The position numbers and the translations under genes are program-made. Positions 44,590 to 53,276 of a stretch of 64,000 bases of DNA are shown in pieces. The DNA lies in the NCBI GenBank assembly GCA_964506575.1, contig CAZDLY010000008.1, positions 20-64,019 on the forward strand, given 5' to 3'. The notes under the pieces are model-generated. The model searched no databases. It had not been told where the DNA came from and saw only the letters and a list, made by a program, of their open reading frames with translations. The stretch's first letter is position 1. Every line of letters starts with the position of its first letter. Source of the DNA: an uncultured Akkermansia sp. Lineage in GTDB: Bacteria; Verrucomicrobiota; Kiritimatiellia; RFP12; JAAYNR01.

Positions 44590-45387
44590 TCACCGAGGTT
44601 TGGCCATGACACTCCAATGATTCCCGTCTGACAACACGATAATGTAAGTGCCCACATAAATAAGATTAACGTTGTTCACCCAGTCGCCCTCCTCACGGAT
44701 CAAGGAACGGCCCTCTCCCGTCTTGAACTCAACCCCATTCTTGGAGCCCGGAACCATGCGGACCGGTTTAAGATCCATGCGTTCGGCATACCTCAGGTTC
44801 AAGGCGTCCTTCAGATCTGAACGTAGCCCCAATACTGCCGATTCCAGATCATAGCGTTGGGTTTCCATCCCCTTAATCAAACTTCCCCTCCGATAGACCC
44901 ACGGTTTGCCCCAGCGATCCGTCAAGGGGAGCGGGGCTTTGTCTCCGAGCGCTTTGACCGCCTCCAATGAAGCGGGGAACTCCATATCGCGCCTGTAGCT
45001 CTCCGTCAGCGCATGCGTCACGTGCTCCCGGTCCATCCGGCTGAGCCAGCTCCGAGCCATCTCATCGCCCGCCTTCCGGAGCCCCGTCGCGGGGCCCTTG
45101 ACCAGCAGGGTAGTGAAGATCGCAGCTGCGGTGCCCGTGTCGCCCCGCTTCAGGCGATTCCATGCCTCAAGTCCAGAGACCACAACTGTGAACGCATCTT
45201 GCGGCGCACGGGCTCTGAATGTTGTGCAAGCCTCCGCAACCTCCGAGGCTTCGAAGGCGCTATTCGTGCCGACGCACCAGACATCCCACAGGCCTTTTTC
45301 ATCAGCTCTGACGGATTGCGCACGGCCTGCCATGGCAACGGCCAGAAAAAGCACCACGCAAACTTCAACTTTTAACATCGATTTCAT
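44590..45387 (-). CDS. exported hypothetical protein
   Basis: Has a signal peptide (MKSMLKVEVCVVLFLAVAMAGRAQS). 265 aa with no recognisable family. It is the first gene of the minus-strand block. Confidence 0.5.
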   Translation of the reverse strand: MKSMLKVEVCVVLFLAVAMAGRAQSVRADEKGLWDVWCVGTNSAFEASEVAEACTTFRARAPQDAFTVVVSGLEAWNRLKRGDTGTAAAIFTTLLVKGPATGLRKAGDEMARSWLSRMDREHVTHALTESYRRDMEFPASLEAVKALGDKAPLPLTDRWGKPWVYRRGSLIKGMETQRYDLESAVLGLRSDLKDALNLRYAERMDLKPVRMVPGSKNGVEFKTGEGRSLIREEGDWVNNVNLIYVGTYIIVLSDGNHWSVMAKPR

Positions 45388-45544
45388 ATTCGCGGGTTCA
45401 GTATACGGTGGGAGAGGGGAGAGTCAATCCATTTTTTCAACTATCATCGGGCGGTTTCTCCTTCCCGCTCGCTTTTTCCGTCCTGACGCGGTATAGTTCT
45501 TCCAATCCTTCACCACTCAATCGGAAATAGAGGGGAGCAACGTT

Positions 45545-46849
45545 ATGGCCACACCCGCAATCACCCGCGAAGAAATTCTGGCGTTTCATCTGAATGGCAA
45601 GGTCGGGCTCCGCCTGACCAAGCCGCTGCGCACGCAGCGTGACCTCTGCCTGGCGTACACGCCGGGCGTCGCCCAGGCCGTCAAGGCGGTCGCGGCCGAT
45701 CCCGATTCCGCGTTTGCCTACACGGCCCGCGCCAACCTCGTGGCCGTCGTTTCGGATGGGACCGCCATCCTCGGCCTGGGCGATCTGGGCGCGCTGGCCA
45801 GCATTCCGGTGATGGAGGGCAAGGCCGTCCTGTTCAAGGCGTTCGGCGACGTCGACGCCTGGCCCGTGCCCCTCGCCCGCTGCCGCGCCGGCGGCGCCGA
45901 CACCGGCCGCACCGATCCGCAGCGGATCATCGACGTCGTTGCCGCCCTCGCGCCGATGTACGGCGGCATCAACCTCGAAGACATCGCCGCGCCCGCCTGC
46001 TTCGAGGTCGAGGATCGCCTCGACGCCATGCTCGACATCCCCGTCTTCCACGACGACCAGTGGGGCACCGCCGTCATCACCCTCGCCGGATTGATGAACT
46101 ACGCGCTGCTGAGCGACCGCCGCCTCGCCGATTTGCGCGTCGTCATCAATGGCGCGGGCGCGGCTGGCATCCGCATCGCCGACATGTGCAAGGCCGCCGG
46201 CGTCCGCGATCTGGTGATGTGCGACACCAAGGGGCCGCTCGCCGAATCGCGCACCGACCTCAACGACCACAAGCGCCGGCATGCCGCGAAGACGAACGCC
46301 CGCACCCTCGCCGAGGCGCTCCGCGGCGCGCACGTCTTTATCGGCGTCTCGGCCGCCAACGTCCTGAGCGGCGCGGATGTCGCGGCCATGGCCCACTTTC
46401 CCGCCATCTTCGCCATGTCCAACCCCGACCCCGAGATCGACCCCGCGGCTGTGTCCATCGCCCTCGCCGGCAAGCCCTACATCATGGCAACCGGCCGCTC
46501 CGATTACCCGAACCAGATCAACAACGTCCTCGGCTTTCCCTTCCTCTTCCGCGGCGCGCTCGACGTCCGCGCCCGGACGATCAATACGGCGATGAAGGTC
46601 GCCGCCTCCGAGGCGCTGGCCGCGCTCGCCCGCCAGCCGGCGCCCGAAGCGGTGCGCGCCCTTTACCCCGCCGAACGCCTCGAATTCAGCCCGGGCTACA
46701 TCATCCCCAAGCCGTTTGACCGCCGCCTGTTCGTCGACATCTCCCACGCCGTCGCCAGCGCCGCCGTCACCTCCGGTGCCGCGCCCGCGCATGACCTCGC
46801 TGCGCTCCGCGCCGCGCTCGATGCCCGCAACGCGTCGCGCGGCGGTTGA
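45545..46849 (+). CDS. NAD(P)-dependent malic enzyme (short form, no PTA domain)
   Basis: [26 protein letters not shown]...[21 protein letters not shown] and VINGAGAAG blocks are present. 434 aa. Confidence 0.9.
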   Translation: MATPAITREEILAFHLNGKVGLRLTKPLRTQRDLCLAYTPGVAQAVKAVAADPDSAFAYTARANLVAVVSDGTAILGLGDLGALASIPVMEGKAVLFKAFGDVDAWPVPLARCRAGGADTGRTDPQRIIDVVAALAPMYGGINLEDIAAPACFEVEDRLDAMLDIPVFHDDQWGTAVITLAGLMNYALLSDRRLADLRVVINGAGAAGIRIADMCKAAGVRDLVMCDTKGPLAESRTDLNDHKRRHAAKTNARTLAEALRGAHVFIGVSAANVLSGADVAAMAHFPAIFAMSNPDPEIDPAAVSIALAGKPYIMATGRSDYPNQINNVLGFPFLFRGALDVRARTINTAMKVAASEALAALARQPAPEAVRALYPAERLEFSPGYIIPKPFDRRLFVDISHAVASAAVTSGAAPAHDLAALRAALDARNASRGG

Positions 46850-46854
46850 GCCGC

Positions 46855-47613
46855 TTACTGCCGCTGCCGGACGGCTTCGTAGAGGCAGATCGCGCCGGCC
46901 ACGGCCGCGTTGAGCGAGGCGACTTGGCCGGCCATGGGCAGGCGAGCGATGAAGTCGCAGGTCTCGCGCGTCAGTCGTTTAAGCCCGTGCCCTTCGCTGC
47001 CGATGACAATGCCGATTCGATCCTTGAAATCGATCGCGGTGTAGGGCCGCACGTCGTCGCCCTCCATGTCGAGGCCGACCGTCCACAGCCCGGCCTTCTT
47101 GAGGAGCTCCATGGCGCGAACCAGGTTGACCACGCGGGCCACGCGCAGGTGCTCCGACGCGCCGGCGGAGGCACGCACCACCGCCGGGGTCACGCCCACC
47201 GCCCGGTCTTCGGGGATCACCACGGCGTGGACCCCCGCCGCATCGGCGGTGCGCAGCAGCGAGCCGAGGTTCTGCGGATCCTCCAGGTGGTCCAGGATCA
47301 GCACGAGCGCGTCCGGGCGCTTCTCCACCAGCCCCGCCACCTCTTCCACGCAGACGTACGGAAAACCGCCCGTCCGCACCGCCACGCCCTGATGGTGGCC
47401 GTTCTGCGTCAGATCATCCAGATCCCGCCGGGACACCTTTCGCACCGGCGCGCCCGCGCGCGCCGCCGCGGCCCGAAGCTGCGCCAGCTCGGGCGTTTCG
47501 CGTCCCTCTTCGGCCACCAGCAGCTCGTGCACATGCCGCCGCGCCGCCGCGAACACCTCGGCGACCGGCCGTCGTCCGAAAATCCATTCCCCTTTTTCCG
47601 CTTTGCCTTCCAT
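46855..47613 (-). CDS. rlmB: 23S rRNA 2'-O-ribose methyltransferase, SpoU/TrmH family (RlmB-like)
   Basis: HHQGVAV..., LDHLEDPQNLGSLLRTADAAGV, IVIGSEGHGL and PMAGQVASLNAAVA motifs are present. Confidence 0.8.
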   Translation of the reverse strand: MEGKAEKGEWIFGRRPVAEVFAAARRHVHELLVAEEGRETPELAQLRAAAARAGAPVRKVSRRDLDDLTQNGHHQGVAVRTGGFPYVCVEEVAGLVEKRPDALVLILDHLEDPQNLGSLLRTADAAGVHAVVIPEDRAVGVTPAVVRASAGASEHLRVARVVNLVRAMELLKKAGLWTVGLDMEGDDVRPYTAIDFKDRIGIVIGSEGHGLKRLTRETCDFIARLPMAGQVASLNAAVAGAICLYEAVRQRQ

Positions 47614-47683
47614 GTGTTCCTTTCCCGTGGGCGTGTTTCCGATTCATCCTAAATCCGGCCATTGATCCCTACCATTCGCTCGA

Positions 47684-47718
47684 CGTGACCCGTGACCCGT
47701 CATCCGTGATCCGTGAGC
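47684..47718. repeat. five tandem heptamers CGTGAYC-like
   Basis: The repeat reads CGTGACC CGTGACC CGTCATC CGTGATC CGTGAGC. It lies between the stop of the second DUF4143 gene and the rlmB start. Confidence 0.85.
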
Positions 47719-47727
47719 TTCGAACAA

Positions 47728-48978
47728 CTAGCCATGGAGCGCCGCAAGTTTCGCCAGAAATCCGGGGAGATTCAGCGATGCGCTAGCTTCGGACTCCATG
47801 AGCGTAAGCGTCCGGGATATGAGGATGCGCTTTTTGGCGCCAATCAGGTCGGCCATCTTGTTCAGGCGCGCCAGGTCATCCGCCTTGGGATCGGTCGTCA
47901 GCTTGATTTCGCATGCCCAGCGTTCCGTTCCGAAATCGAGCAACAGGTCAATCTCGTGTTGGTCGGAGGTCCGCACATGGTACAACTCGCAGTCTGTACC
48001 CGAAGCATTCAACCGCGAACGCGCTTGCTCAATCACAAACCCCTCCCAGCTTGCGCCGACCCAGGGTTGCGACAACAGGGCTTCCATCGTCGAAACACCG
48101 GACAGGGCGTGCAGCAAGCCGCTATCCCGCCAATAGACCTTGGGACTTTTCACGAGCCGCTTTCGGATATTCGCATGAAAGGGTTGCAGACGCCGCAAGA
48201 GAAATGCGCCTTCCAGATAGTCCATGTAGCCGTTCACGGTCTGGTAATTCAGTCCCAGACTCTGTCCGATCGCGCTGGCATTCCAAGGCATTCCGTGGGT
48301 GACGGTGAGCATCTTGAACAGCCGTTCGGTCATCTGCGGCTTGGATGGCAATCCCCATACCGGAAGATCGCGTTGCGCCAGTAATGCCAGATAGTTGCGC
48401 TGCCATCCGGGCATGGCGTCCGTTCCCAGAATGCCGCCGTCAGGGAATCCGCCGTGAAGCCACAGGGCGTCGAGTGATTCCGCTCCGACTTCATCGAGAA
48501 AGAAGGGTGTCAGTTCGACGAGGCCAAGCCGACCGGCCAGAGATTCCGAAACCTCGCGCATCAGGGCCGGGGAGACGGAACCCAGAACCAGAAAGCGCCC
48601 AGCTTTCCGCCGCCGATCAATAGCGGAGCGCATCCGTTTGAAGACCGTCGGATGCGACTGCGCCTCGTCCAGAACGACCAGATCCTTTCCCTCGATCAAT
48701 CGATCCCATGACAGATCGAGCTTGAGGACATCCGCTTCGTCCTCCAGATCGAAGTAATGGCCGCCCAGCGATTGCGCCAGGGTGGTTTTTCCGCACTGGC
48801 GCGGCCCGACCAAGGCGACGGCCGGGTAGCGCTGAAGATCCTGTTGCAGCCGCTGTCCAATGGCTCTTGGTTTCACGGCTTGCAGTATACGATATCGTTT
48901 GTAATTTGCAAATAAATTCTTTTTGCGCCTGCTAACCGACGCAGGAGGTTTTGCAAGCGCCTCGCCTGATCCGGTCAT
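47728..48978 (-). CDS. AAA+ ATPase with DUF4143-type C-terminal domain (second, divergent copy)
   Basis: Has Walker A LVGPRQCGKTTLAQ and Walker B-like LVVLDEAQSHP, with the same architecture as 1889-3046. The N-terminal extension and start are uncertain. Confidence 0.8.
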   Translation of the reverse strand: MTGSGEALAKPPASVSRRKKNLFANYKRYRILQAVKPRAIGQRLQQDLQRYPAVALVGPRQCGKTTLAQSLGGHYFDLEDEADVLKLDLSWDRLIEGKDLVVLDEAQSHPTVFKRMRSAIDRRRKAGRFLVLGSVSPALMREVSESLAGRLGLVELTPFFLDEVGAESLDALWLHGGFPDGGILGTDAMPGWQRNYLALLAQRDLPVWGLPSKPQMTERLFKMLTVTHGMPWNASAIGQSLGLNYQTVNGYMDYLEGAFLLRRLQPFHANIRKRLVKSPKVYWRDSGLLHALSGVSTMEALLSQPWVGASWEGFVIEQARSRLNASGTDCELYHVRTSDQHEIDLLLDFGTERWACEIKLTTDPKADDLARLNKMADLIGAKKRILISRTLTLMESEASASLNLPGFLAKLAALHG

Positions 48979-48988
48979 CGGTCCGGCA

Positions 48989-50029
48989 TCATCCGATATC
49001 GATCATCGCCTTCACGACGCCGTCCCGGTAGCCGGCGACGCATTCGAAGGCCGCCTGGGCGTCGGCCAGCGCGAAGCGGTGCGTGGCCATGATCCGCACA
49101 TCGAAGTCCTTGCGGGCGATCATGTCGAGCGCCGGCCGGACGCAATGGTTCTGGCGGCGGACGTTCTGGATGCAGATCTCCTTGTGCCGCAGCGTGTCGA
49201 TCTTGAACGAGACCCGTTCGGAGGTCGGCGGGATGCCGATCAGCATCAGCTTGCCGCCGGGCTTGAGGATTTCGAGCGCCTGATCCAGGGCCTCCTGCCG
49301 GCCGCAGCATTCAAAGACCGCGTCCAGCCCGCCGGGCTCCAGTTTTTGAATCTCGGCGACGACAGTCCCGCGGTCGGGATTTCCGCCCCACGCGGCGCCG
49401 GCCTTCCGGGCCAGGTCCAGGCGCCGGTCGATCTTGTCGGTGACGTAGATCTTCCGTGCCCCCTGCGCCTGCGCGGGCAGCAGCACGCTCAGCCCGACCG
49501 GCCCGACGCCCAGGATGCCGATCGCGGCCCCGCGCATGGGGATGGACAGCTTGACCGCGTAGACGCCGATGGCCAGCGGTTCGGAGATGGCGGCTTCGTC
49601 AAACGTGGTGTCATCGGGGATGGTGAAGCAGCACGCCTCGGGCATGACGATGAATTCGCTCAGGCACCCCTCCGCCTGTTTGGGGCAGCCGAGGAAGCGG
49701 AGCTGGCGGCAGGTGTGCGGCCGCCCCGCCAGGCACTGGTCGCAGGTCCCGCACGACATCGCCGGCTCGATGGCGATCCGGTCGCCGACCCGGACCCGCG
49801 TGACGCCCGGGCCGACCGCCTCCACGATGCCTGCCCCCTCATGGCCGACCGTGAACGGATAGGTGACCATCTGGCTGCCGATCTGTCCGTTCTGGAAATA
49901 ATGCACATCGGAGCCGCACACCCCGACCACCTTCATGCGGATCAGCACATCGTCCGCCCGGACGATCCGCGGGGTGGGCGTCTCCATCAGTTCCACGCGA
50001 TTGATGCCCGTGAGCTTCATGGCCTTCAT
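48989..50029 (-). CDS. zinc-dependent alcohol/polyol dehydrogenase (MDR family, sorbitol/threonine dehydrogenase-like)
   Basis: GVCGSDVHY, GHEGAGIVEAVG, the structural-Zn Cys cluster CGTCDQCLAGRPHTC and the Rossmann motif GILGVGPVG are present. Confidence 0.88.
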   Translation of the reverse strand: MKAMKLTGINRVELMETPTPRIVRADDVLIRMKVVGVCGSDVHYFQNGQIGSQMVTYPFTVGHEGAGIVEAVGPGVTRVRVGDRIAIEPAMSCGTCDQCLAGRPHTCRQLRFLGCPKQAEGCLSEFIVMPEACCFTIPDDTTFDEAAISEPLAIGVYAVKLSIPMRGAAIGILGVGPVGLSVLLPAQAQGARKIYVTDKIDRRLDLARKAGAAWGGNPDRGTVVAEIQKLEPGGLDAVFECCGRQEALDQALEILKPGGKLMLIGIPPTSERVSFKIDTLRHKEICIQNVRRQNHCVRPALDMIARKDFDVRIMATHRFALADAQAAFECVAGYRDGVVKAMIDIG

Positions 50030-50075
50030 GACCGGCCTTCTTTCCTTTGTGATGGCGTCGTTTGTCCGTGCAGAC

Positions 50076-51554
50076 TCAGGGGTTAAACAAATTGCCGCGG
50101 TTCAGCCGCGCGCCGGGGTCGAACAGTCGTTTCAGTTGCCTCATCCCGTCAACGCCGTCCGCGCCGTACTGGACTTCGAGCAGCGCCACCTTGATCTTGC
50201 CGATGCCGTGTTCGGCCGAGACCGAACCGCCCAGCGCCGTGACGATGCCGGCCCATTCCCGATACAGCGCCTTGCCCCGGTCATACTCGGCCTGCGTGCG
50301 CGGGAGGATGTTGACGTGGACGTGGTTGTCGCCAATATGGCCGAAGATCACCGACTCCAGCCCGGCGGCGGCGAGGTCGCCATGATAACGCGCCAGGATG
50401 TTCTCCAGCGCGGCATCCGGCACCGCCATGTCCGTCCCGAGTTTGGTCAGGCCCGGGCAGGTCTTCCGCCGTTCGTCAATCAGCAGATTGACCGCCTCCG
50501 GGGTGGCATGGCGAAAGGTCTTCAGGCGATCGAGCACCGGGGGCTGATCGGCAAACCAGCAGGTGTCGTCTTCCGCGCCGAAATCCGGCAGCCGCCCGGC
50601 GATCGCCAGAACCGCGGGTTCCAGCGCCGCCGCATCCCCGCCGCGCAACTCGACGTAGATCGCGGCGGCACCGGAAGTCGGCAGCGTGGGCAGATGGGAA
50701 AAAGCGGGGGTCTCCTGTTGGGCCCGGCGCAGCAGATTCAGCGCATCGGCGTCAAAGAATTCAATCGCAACCGGCGCCAGCGGCAGGGGGCAGTCCCCCT
50801 CGCCGCGCAGGAAACGGACAAACGCGAGCGCGCCGGCCTCGGCGGGGAAGAAGGCGGTCAGGGCCTGGCGGACCGGCGGTAGCGGGAGCAGCTCGAGTTC
50901 GGCCTCGGTGATGATCCCCAGGGTTCCTTCCATGCCGATGAACAGATCCAGCAGATCCATGTCCGGTTTGACATAGTACCCCGCGGCATGCTTCACCGCC
51001 GGCATCTTCAGTGCGGGCAAGTCCCCCGCGATCACGCTTCCGGAATCGGTCTTCAGCGCGAACCGGTTGCCCTGCGCCCGCTGGCCGCCGCGCCGCAGGG
51101 TCAGCGTCTCGCCTTCGGCGAGCATCACCCGCGCGGAGCGGATCCAACGGCGGGTCGGTCCATAGTGGTAGCTGAGCGCGCCGGAGGCGTTGCAGGCGAT
51201 CATTCCCCCGATGGAGGCCGACGTTTCGGTGGGGTCCGGCGGAAAGAACAGGCCCTGCGGCGCGACCTCCGCGTTGATCTCGGAAAGAAGCGCGCCGGGC
51301 TGGACGGTGATCCGGCGATCCGCAACCGCGCCGATGCGCTTCATGCGGCTCAGGTTGAGTATCAGCCCGCCCTCCGGGACCGCCCCGGCGGTAATGCCGG
51401 TGCGCGCGCCCTGCACGGTGACCGGCCAGCCGTGGTCGCGCGCCTCGTCCAGGGCGCGCCCGACATCGCCCTCGTCGGCGGCAAACACGATGCGCTCCGC
51501 GCGGCCGGTCCGCCGCGACTCATCGCGCAGATAGCCGGCCTCATCCGCAGTCAT
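50076..51554 (-). CDS. FAD-binding oxidoreductase (GlcD / D-lactate dehydrogenase-like)
   Basis: An FAD_binding_4 pattern (WPVTVQGARTGITAGAVP) and the C-terminal FAD-oxidase block (GGSVSAEHGIGKIK) are present. Start chosen at MTADEAG. Confidence 0.85.
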   Translation of the reverse strand: MTADEAGYLRDESRRTGRAERIVFAADEGDVGRALDEARDHGWPVTVQGARTGITAGAVPEGGLILNLSRMKRIGAVADRRITVQPGALLSEINAEVAPQGLFFPPDPTETSASIGGMIACNASGALSYHYGPTRRWIRSARVMLAEGETLTLRRGGQRAQGNRFALKTDSGSVIAGDLPALKMPAVKHAAGYYVKPDMDLLDLFIGMEGTLGIITEAELELLPLPPVRQALTAFFPAEAGALAFVRFLRGEGDCPLPLAPVAIEFFDADALNLLRRAQQETPAFSHLPTLPTSGAAAIYVELRGGDAAALEPAVLAIAGRLPDFGAEDDTCWFADQPPVLDRLKTFRHATPEAVNLLIDERRKTCPGLTKLGTDMAVPDAALENILARYHGDLAAAGLESVIFGHIGDNHVHVNILPRTQAEYDRGKALYREWAGIVTALGGSVSAEHGIGKIKVALLEVQYGADGVDGMRQLKRLFDPGARLNRGNLFNP

Positions 51555-51576
51555 GGGCGCGCCAATCCAATCCTTC

Positions 51577-53214
51577 CTACTGTTTGATAATCCGCTCAAG
51601 TTCCTCCGCCTTTCCGATAAAGAAGACCACTTTCCCCTCATTATTCTGCGGACGCCCGACCGCCACCAGATGGGTGCAGGGGATGGAGCTGTTGCCCCAG
51701 ACCCGGCAGGGACCCGGACCGACGCGCGCGACAAAGGCCGTGCCGTCGTACGATCGCAGAACACCATGATTAACAGCCGGCAAGCTGCCGGGCACCGACC
51801 AGTAGAACGTCTGAAGATCCCGCTCCCCATCCATGGGATAGCCGCCCCCCGCGCGGAAGCCCTGCGGTCCGTCAGCCACCCGGACAAACGCGCCGTTGAG
51901 GATGATGCCCTGGGACATCTGCTCCTGGCTCGAAAAGAACGGGCTGATGGTTTTCATGCAGACATGGCCCATCATCCCGCTGTCATTTGCGATGTTGCGG
52001 GTGTCAATCCGGAATCGGACGGTATGCCCGTTCTCCACCCACGCCGTGCAGGCGATCCGTTGATCCCCCTGTTCGCGCACATAAGACGCGCGCTGCCCGT
52101 CGGGCGCGACGACCCAATCCACCGTCGTCTGGGGGTCTCCCGGGAACCACATGTTCGCCCCGATGAAGGGGCCATAGCCGGTCTCCGGCACGTCCAGCGT
52201 CCAGACACTCTCCGGGAACCAGGGGACGCGCACCTCGAGCGTGGTCGTCTCGAGTCCGCGCAGCGTGATCGGTTCCTTCAGATACAGATCCGCGCGAATG
52301 GCGAGCGTGGCCGGCAGCGCGGGCGCGCGCGGCCGGTACGCCTCTCCCGGGCCATCGCCGGGCGGGGGCGTGTCGGACGCGCAGCGGAAGCCGGAAACAT
52401 AATTGCGCATCCCCGGCGTCCAGCCGAAACGGGCGGTCACCAGGCGCGAATAGGGCTGGGTGTGGAAGACGCTCGACCCGGCCAGAATATGGCGCTCGCG
52501 CCCTTCGATCGTCCGCACATACTGGCAGACCAGCCCCACCATGTCCATCGCGCCGCACGGGCTGGCGCCCGCAGGCCAGGAGCCGACCGGGAAAAGGGTC
52601 GCGAACGAAAGGTTGCCCGTCCCCTCATAGCAGGCGTTGGTCGACGGCTCATTGCCCCAGGGGTAGCGCCGCCCATCGGTTCCGCGCGCCGCCAGCTCCC
52701 ACTCGGCCTCGGTGGGCAGGCGCTTGCCGACCCAGCGGGCATAGGCCTCGGCATCGTCGGCATTGACGCCGATCATGGGAAGCGCCTCGGCGCCGGGCTG
52801 GTCCGGCGGCCAGGACCGGGTCAATTCCCGCCAGCCGACCACCCAGCCGTTGCGCAAGACCTGGTAGCGGGTCTCCTTCAGGAAGCGGGCGAACTGGCCG
52901 CGCGTGACCGGATAGGTGTCAATCCAGAACTCCCTCACCTTCAGGATTTTCCGGTCCGTGTGGAACTTCAGGCGATCGGGATGCACCCCGGCGGCGGCGG
53001 CGGCGGCTTGTTTCTCCTCCGCAGTCATGCCGAAGATCAGGTCCCCGCCGGGCACACGAACCATCTCGCGATCCATCCGTTGTGCGGAATATCCGCCTGG
53101 CCGGGGCCGGGCGGCCTCCCCCTGGCCGAGACCCGCCGTCACGGCCGCCAGCAGGGCCAACAGGCACAGACTGGCGACACGGACGATCTGCGGCGATATT
53201 GTGTTCTCAGTCAT
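51577..53214 (-). CDS. exported formylglycine-generating-enzyme (SUMF1) family domain protein with extra C-terminal domain
   Basis: Has a signal peptide. FWIDTYPVTRGQFARFL, DAEAYARWVGKRLPTEAEWELAARG and RYPWGN are FGE-sulfatase motifs. About 250 further residues have no recognisable family. Confidence 0.8.
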   Translation of the reverse strand: MTENTISPQIVRVASLCLLALLAAVTAGLGQGEAARPRPGGYSAQRMDREMVRVPGGDLIFGMTAEEKQAAAAAAGVHPDRLKFHTDRKILKVREFWIDTYPVTRGQFARFLKETRYQVLRNGWVVGWRELTRSWPPDQPGAEALPMIGVNADDAEAYARWVGKRLPTEAEWELAARGTDGRRYPWGNEPSTNACYEGTGNLSFATLFPVGSWPAGASPCGAMDMVGLVCQYVRTIEGRERHILAGSSVFHTQPYSRLVTARFGWTPGMRNYVSGFRCASDTPPPGDGPGEAYRPRAPALPATLAIRADLYLKEPITLRGLETTTLEVRVPWFPESVWTLDVPETGYGPFIGANMWFPGDPQTTVDWVVAPDGQRASYVREQGDQRIACTAWVENGHTVRFRIDTRNIANDSGMMGHVCMKTISPFFSSQEQMSQGIILNGAFVRVADGPQGFRAGGGYPMDGERDLQTFYWSVPGSLPAVNHGVLRSYDGTAFVARVGPGPCRVWGNSSIPCTHLVAVGRPQNNEGKVVFFIGKAEELERIIKQ

Positions 53215-53276
53215 TGCAAACTCCTGATTCTGATTTTCCTGAACCCGGGCTCATCCCGCTTCCTGCGGGGTGTCCC

